Origin: a virus
Taxonomy: Duplodnaviria; Caudoviricetes
Length of the DNA stretch: 64,000 nucleotides
Direction: 5' to 3' (one strand)
Virus record (IMG/VR): IMGVR_UViG_3300037851_000141
Location: 256,001-320,000 of that record
The notes beneath the pieces were generated by a model. The model saw only the letters and a program-made list of their open reading frames with translations, was not told where the DNA came from and did not search any database. A program made the position numbers and the translations under genes. This document shows, in pieces, positions 60,550 to 64,000 of this stretch; the stretch's first letter is position 1; the number at the start of each line of letters is the position of its first letter.

Positions 60550-60852
60550 TGGTGGGACGAGTGGGGTACGATCCCACGACCTAATGCTTCTTACAGACAC
60601 CATCTTTCGATGAGCATTTCTGCTGTCTGCTTGGACTTTCTCTTAATCTTCGGCATTATCCGGTCAGATCCTCCGTGTAAAGTCTCTACACTTGCCCGAT
60701 AGATATTTTACTATCTATCTGCTAGCTCGGGATTGCCATCAGCATTATCTGTTAAGGTTTCCCCGAATTAGCGGAGTTTTCAATTAGGATTTCTCCTAAA
60801 GGTTCCAATTTAGTTCAAAAGGCATTTGCTCTACCTACTGAGCTATCGTCCC
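60550..60852 (-). tRNA. tRNA-Lys(UUU) interrupted by a group I intron after position 36
   Basis: GGGACGA/TCGTCCC-A-CCA; AATGC/GCATT stem; exon join gives CT-TTT-AA; atypical T loop ATCGTAC. Confidence 0.88.
60590..60816 (-). mobile_element. Group I self-splicing intron (tRNA-type, IC3-like), 227 nt, no ORF
   Basis: P1 UUUU|GA...UUGGAA; core CTAATTCGGGGAAACC, GGCAATCCCGAGC, GTGTAGAGACT, AAGAGAAAGTCCA; terminal G. Confidence 0.88.
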
Positions 60853-61638
60853 ACGCTATAAAGTTGTCAATCGTCTTCGTCCTTAGTATTTTATATCATT
60901 TCCAACCGAAGTCAAGCATCTTTTTTCTATCAGTCTCTCAACTTAACTTCATTATACTGGCAATAAACATCAGCACCACCACCGAGAGAAGGAATATGAA
61001 CAAGGCAACCATCATCGTGAATAGAAACAACTGTACCATCAGCAGCAATACGACCCCAATCAGGATCATCGGCATTGACATGAACCTTAGCCCCGATTGG
61101 AATGTAGATCATGTTCTTTCCTTATGCGTCGAATTATATTGCTTGGTTCAGTTAGTCAAGAATCAGTTTTTAACAATATCAACATCCCACTCACAGGCAT
61201 ACTCTTGTTCAGTTTCCTCATCAACAATTCGATCAACACCGACACCATTAGCATGAGCATCCAAAATATTTTTCTTAACATCTTTCATATTGGCAAAAGT
61301 CTCAAAATCAGCATTATCAAAATATACAGTGATAGGCATGGGTTGTCTCCTTATGCGTTGGATTATATGGTCAATGAGAGGAAGTCAAGCATCAACAATA
61401 TCAACATCAACGATTTCAGTGTCGATAACCTTAGCCTCATCACAAGTAAAAGTATAATCCATTTCATTTACAGCATCATGAGGATCAACGTCATCAGCAA
61501 CTTCAAGAATTAGCTGAACCTGAATCTCGACCTTGACCTTGCGTGACATGGGTTTCTCCTTGTTGGGCTTGATTATATGTCCGGTTTAAAGAAGTCAACC
61601 CACTTGACAGTCAGACTAATCCTCGTATAATCCAACCT

Positions 61639-61980
61639 ATGAAAGCCAAAGACATACAGATTACCATCATTACTGCCGGAACGGTTCTTGTCTTCGGCCT
61701 TGGTCTTTTCTCTACTGGTATCTACTACTCCAAAAAGGCTAAAGTTTGGGAAGATAAGTATAATAAATCCAATACTGAACTTGAGGCACTACGTAAAGCA
61801 ACTGAAGAAAGACATTTACGATTCCAAGCAGCTAAATGCCATCAAGAATCAATTGACCTATTAATAAAGTCAAGAGATAATTGGAAAAATCTCTATCTCC
61901 AAGAACAAAAGAAATATAACGATCTGGTAAAAACTAAAGGAAAGAGTAATGTGAAAAACCCCAATACTCTTTCTCGATAA
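61639..61980 (+). CDS. Membrane-anchored coiled-coil protein (i-spanin-like architecture)
   Basis: N-terminal transmembrane segment followed by a coiled coil; own promoter at 61604-61631. Confidence 0.4.
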   Translation: MKAKDIQITIITAGTVLVFGLGLFSTGIYYSKKAKVWEDKYNKSNTELEALRKATEERHLRFQAAKCHQESIDLLIKSRDNWKNLYLQEQKKYNDLVKTKGKSNVKNPNTLSR

Positions 61981-62697
61981 GAGTATTTTTTCTTGACATC
62001 CAACTGTTTCATAGTAGACAATCAACCATAAAAAGACACACCATCTTGTTAGGACGGTGTATCTACCCAGCGCAATCCCTTATCTGTCTTCATCAGTATT
62101 TCTTCCAACATTACAGGATTCTTCTTATCAGCATTTACCCATTTCCGTACATTACCTAAATCAATCTTGAGAAACCAAAACTTACCAAACTTATCTTGCC
62201 TCATTGAAAGAGAAGGTAAGTCTTGTAGTTCAAAGGGTTTATACTCAAGATTAAAGCAGATGTCATTAGTATTCATATCCGAACCTTCTTGGTTGAAACA
62301 ACTTGAACGATAGGACCACGCTCGAAAGTGATACCGGAAGTCTGTTGAACAAACTTCTCATATATCAACTTATCAGCATGGTTCTTATTGCGAGCCTGGA
62401 CATGAACGCATCCAATCTCGGCAACGCATGACTTGAAGGTAGGCATGGTTTAGTACCCCATAATTTCATTGATAATGGTGATCCAGTTTTTAGCAACATT
62501 TTCAGATTCAATATAAACATCTACACTATTTTCATTACCAAAATCAAAATGAACAAACCACGATTGATTACCAGAAACATAATTAAAGTCTGCCTTAACA
62601 AAGAGGACTTTATCCAGATTAATGACATGATCCTTAATCTTGACACGGTACATGGTTGTCTCCTTATGCTTCGGATTATATCAACAAAAACAGGAAG

Positions 62698-63648
62698 TCA
62701 ATCTTGAATATATGTCTCTATGTCTTCTGGCGTATTTCTACCATGCTTTTGACACCAACTATAAATTGTATCAAATTGTGATTGTGTTATCTTATTAGGC
62801 AACATAAAATCATGCGGAAGACATTTTCTAATTTCAGCAAACCCTCTAGGATCTTCACGATCACGAACCTTAACCCAAGTCTTCTCTATCTCCCCTTCAC
62901 TAAATCCAAGACTATCAGCTAAATCAATATGCTCCATGAATCCACAACTATAGAAATCACCATCTGGAGAAATCCATCCATTCAAACCATTTAAGTCTTT
63001 ATCAATTGAAGGCTTACCAGTTGCTTTACTAATAACTGAATCAAGGGTTTTAATAGGATTTTCAATTAAAGAATTAGCTAAATTAGAACTTATACCCGCA
63101 GCGAGCATAGTATCTTTAATCCGCCTTTGCACCATGGCAGTATCTAACTTTTGTTTGGCATATTCAACTTGTTCAGGAAACCATTCAGCATACATTTCAT
63201 TCGTAAATCCATCCTTAAATCCATATTTGTTTCTTCCTGTGCAACTTGAATAACTTTGTAGCAGTGAACAAGGAACTGGAATCAAACCATAAATCGAAGG
63301 AATGTTTTCAATTACACCATTCCTCATTTCTTCAAGCGCCAACATCTTTTCTTCCCGAACTTTTAATGCCTTTTCCCTCTTCTCAATCTGTTGATCCATA
63401 GAAAGCAAAGGAATACCACAACATTCAGTAGCATTATCATCCTCAATAACCATTTCATTAATTCCAACCAACTTCTTCTTACCCAAAATGATATCCATAA
63501 TCAAATCCATCTTAAACATTGGAAAACCAGACTTCAGAATATGGATAGCCTTTGTCATTTCACCTTCAACCCACACTTGCCGAACAATATCAGTGAGATA
63601 ATCGCCATGAATAGAAAACGTCAGAGGGCGCATCTTTGTAGTAGCCAT
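62698..63648 (-). CDS. Phage hypothetical protein
   Basis: 316-aa ORF with GWISPDGDFYSCGFMEH motif, own promoter and RBS. Confidence 0.7.
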   Translation of the reverse strand: MATTKMRPLTFSIHGDYLTDIVRQVWVEGEMTKAIHILKSGFPMFKMDLIMDIILGKKKLVGINEMVIEDDNATECCGIPLLSMDQQIEKREKALKVREEKMLALEEMRNGVIENIPSIYGLIPVPCSLLQSYSSCTGRNKYGFKDGFTNEMYAEWFPEQVEYAKQKLDTAMVQRRIKDTMLAAGISSNLANSLIENPIKTLDSVISKATGKPSIDKDLNGLNGWISPDGDFYSCGFMEHIDLADSLGFSEGEIEKTWVKVRDREDPRGFAEIRKCLPHDFMLPNKITQSQFDTIYSWCQKHGRNTPEDIETYIQD

Positions 63649-64000
63649 GATTGACCCCTTTGTTGAATCTGATTATATCAACAAAAAACGGAAGTCAAGT
63701 ATGCCCTACAGGATGAACACCATTGTCTAAAACCTCAAAATTAAGGTCATACTTCGCAGGCATTTCATCCCAACTCTTTAACCCAACTTCCTCATAACTC
63801 AATAAATGAAACTGACTTAACATCAAACTAATAACATCCTCAACTCCATAATCATTCTTCCTGGGAGTCAATAACATATCCCGCTTCCAAGAAATATGAT
63901 GAGTAAAAAATAACTGCTCAAAAAATGATTCCTTATCCCGAACAATAGCAAAACGATCCCAAGCCAACTTAACCCAATGAAGAATGTCACGGGGCTGAAT

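Larger units (their letters stand above)
47166..63698 (-). promoter_or_regulatory. Array of about 30 stereotyped promoter-leader-RBS modules, one per small gene
   Basis: TTGAC(T/A)-N15/16-TATAAT-C(C/A)-N3-GCATAAGGA(G/A)-N4-6-ATG pattern ahead of most minus-strand ORFs. Confidence 0.85.

Noticed and set aside
1-64000. Stop-codon reassignment
   Set aside because: Long conserved genes are intact under code 11, TAA/TAG/TGA all end real genes, no suppressor tRNA was seen, and there is only one isolated in-frame TAA.

Overview
A 64-kb accessory/early-gene segment of a large, AT-rich dsDNA bacteriophage, probably distantly T4-related (rIIA and rIIB homologues, TATAAATA late promoters, Rnl1/Rnl2/Pnk RNA-repair enzymes). 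No virion structural or core replication genes are in the window, and the genetic code looks standard. Recognisable genes: PncB plus a glutamine-dependent NadE (cut by the window edge), TilS, MnmA, a macrodomain, an ADP-ribosyltransferase-like protein, a radical SAM enzyme, an N6-adenine methyltransferase with a possible nuclease partner, an HNH nuclease, a deaminase-fold protein and H-NS-like DNA-binding repeats. There are four tRNA loci: Leu(CAA); Ile2(CAU) next to tilS; Lys(UUU) with a group I intron; and an Arg(UCU)-type tRNA whose anticodon loop holds a 48-nt, CCA-ended tRNA-Gly-like minihelix. Strongest unexplained signals: (1) that nested minihelix, which looks like a tRNA-shaped intron; (2) about 27 small, otherwise mostly dissimilar ORFs that share one C-terminal peptide tag ([VIL]-N-K-x-[SAH]-[VI]-L-x-[SGV]-L), most of them around a sharp strand-composition switch at about 43.65 kb; (3) unassigned structured RNAs at 9.45, 22.3 and 58.1-58.8 kb; (4) about 50 TTGAC(T/A)-TATAAT promoters with 15-16 bp spacers whose -35 box often supplies the upstream TGA stop; (5) a strand-polarised 9-mer, TAGCGAGTT. 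All calls are from manual motif reading; no database searches or folding computations were run, and counts are hand counts.
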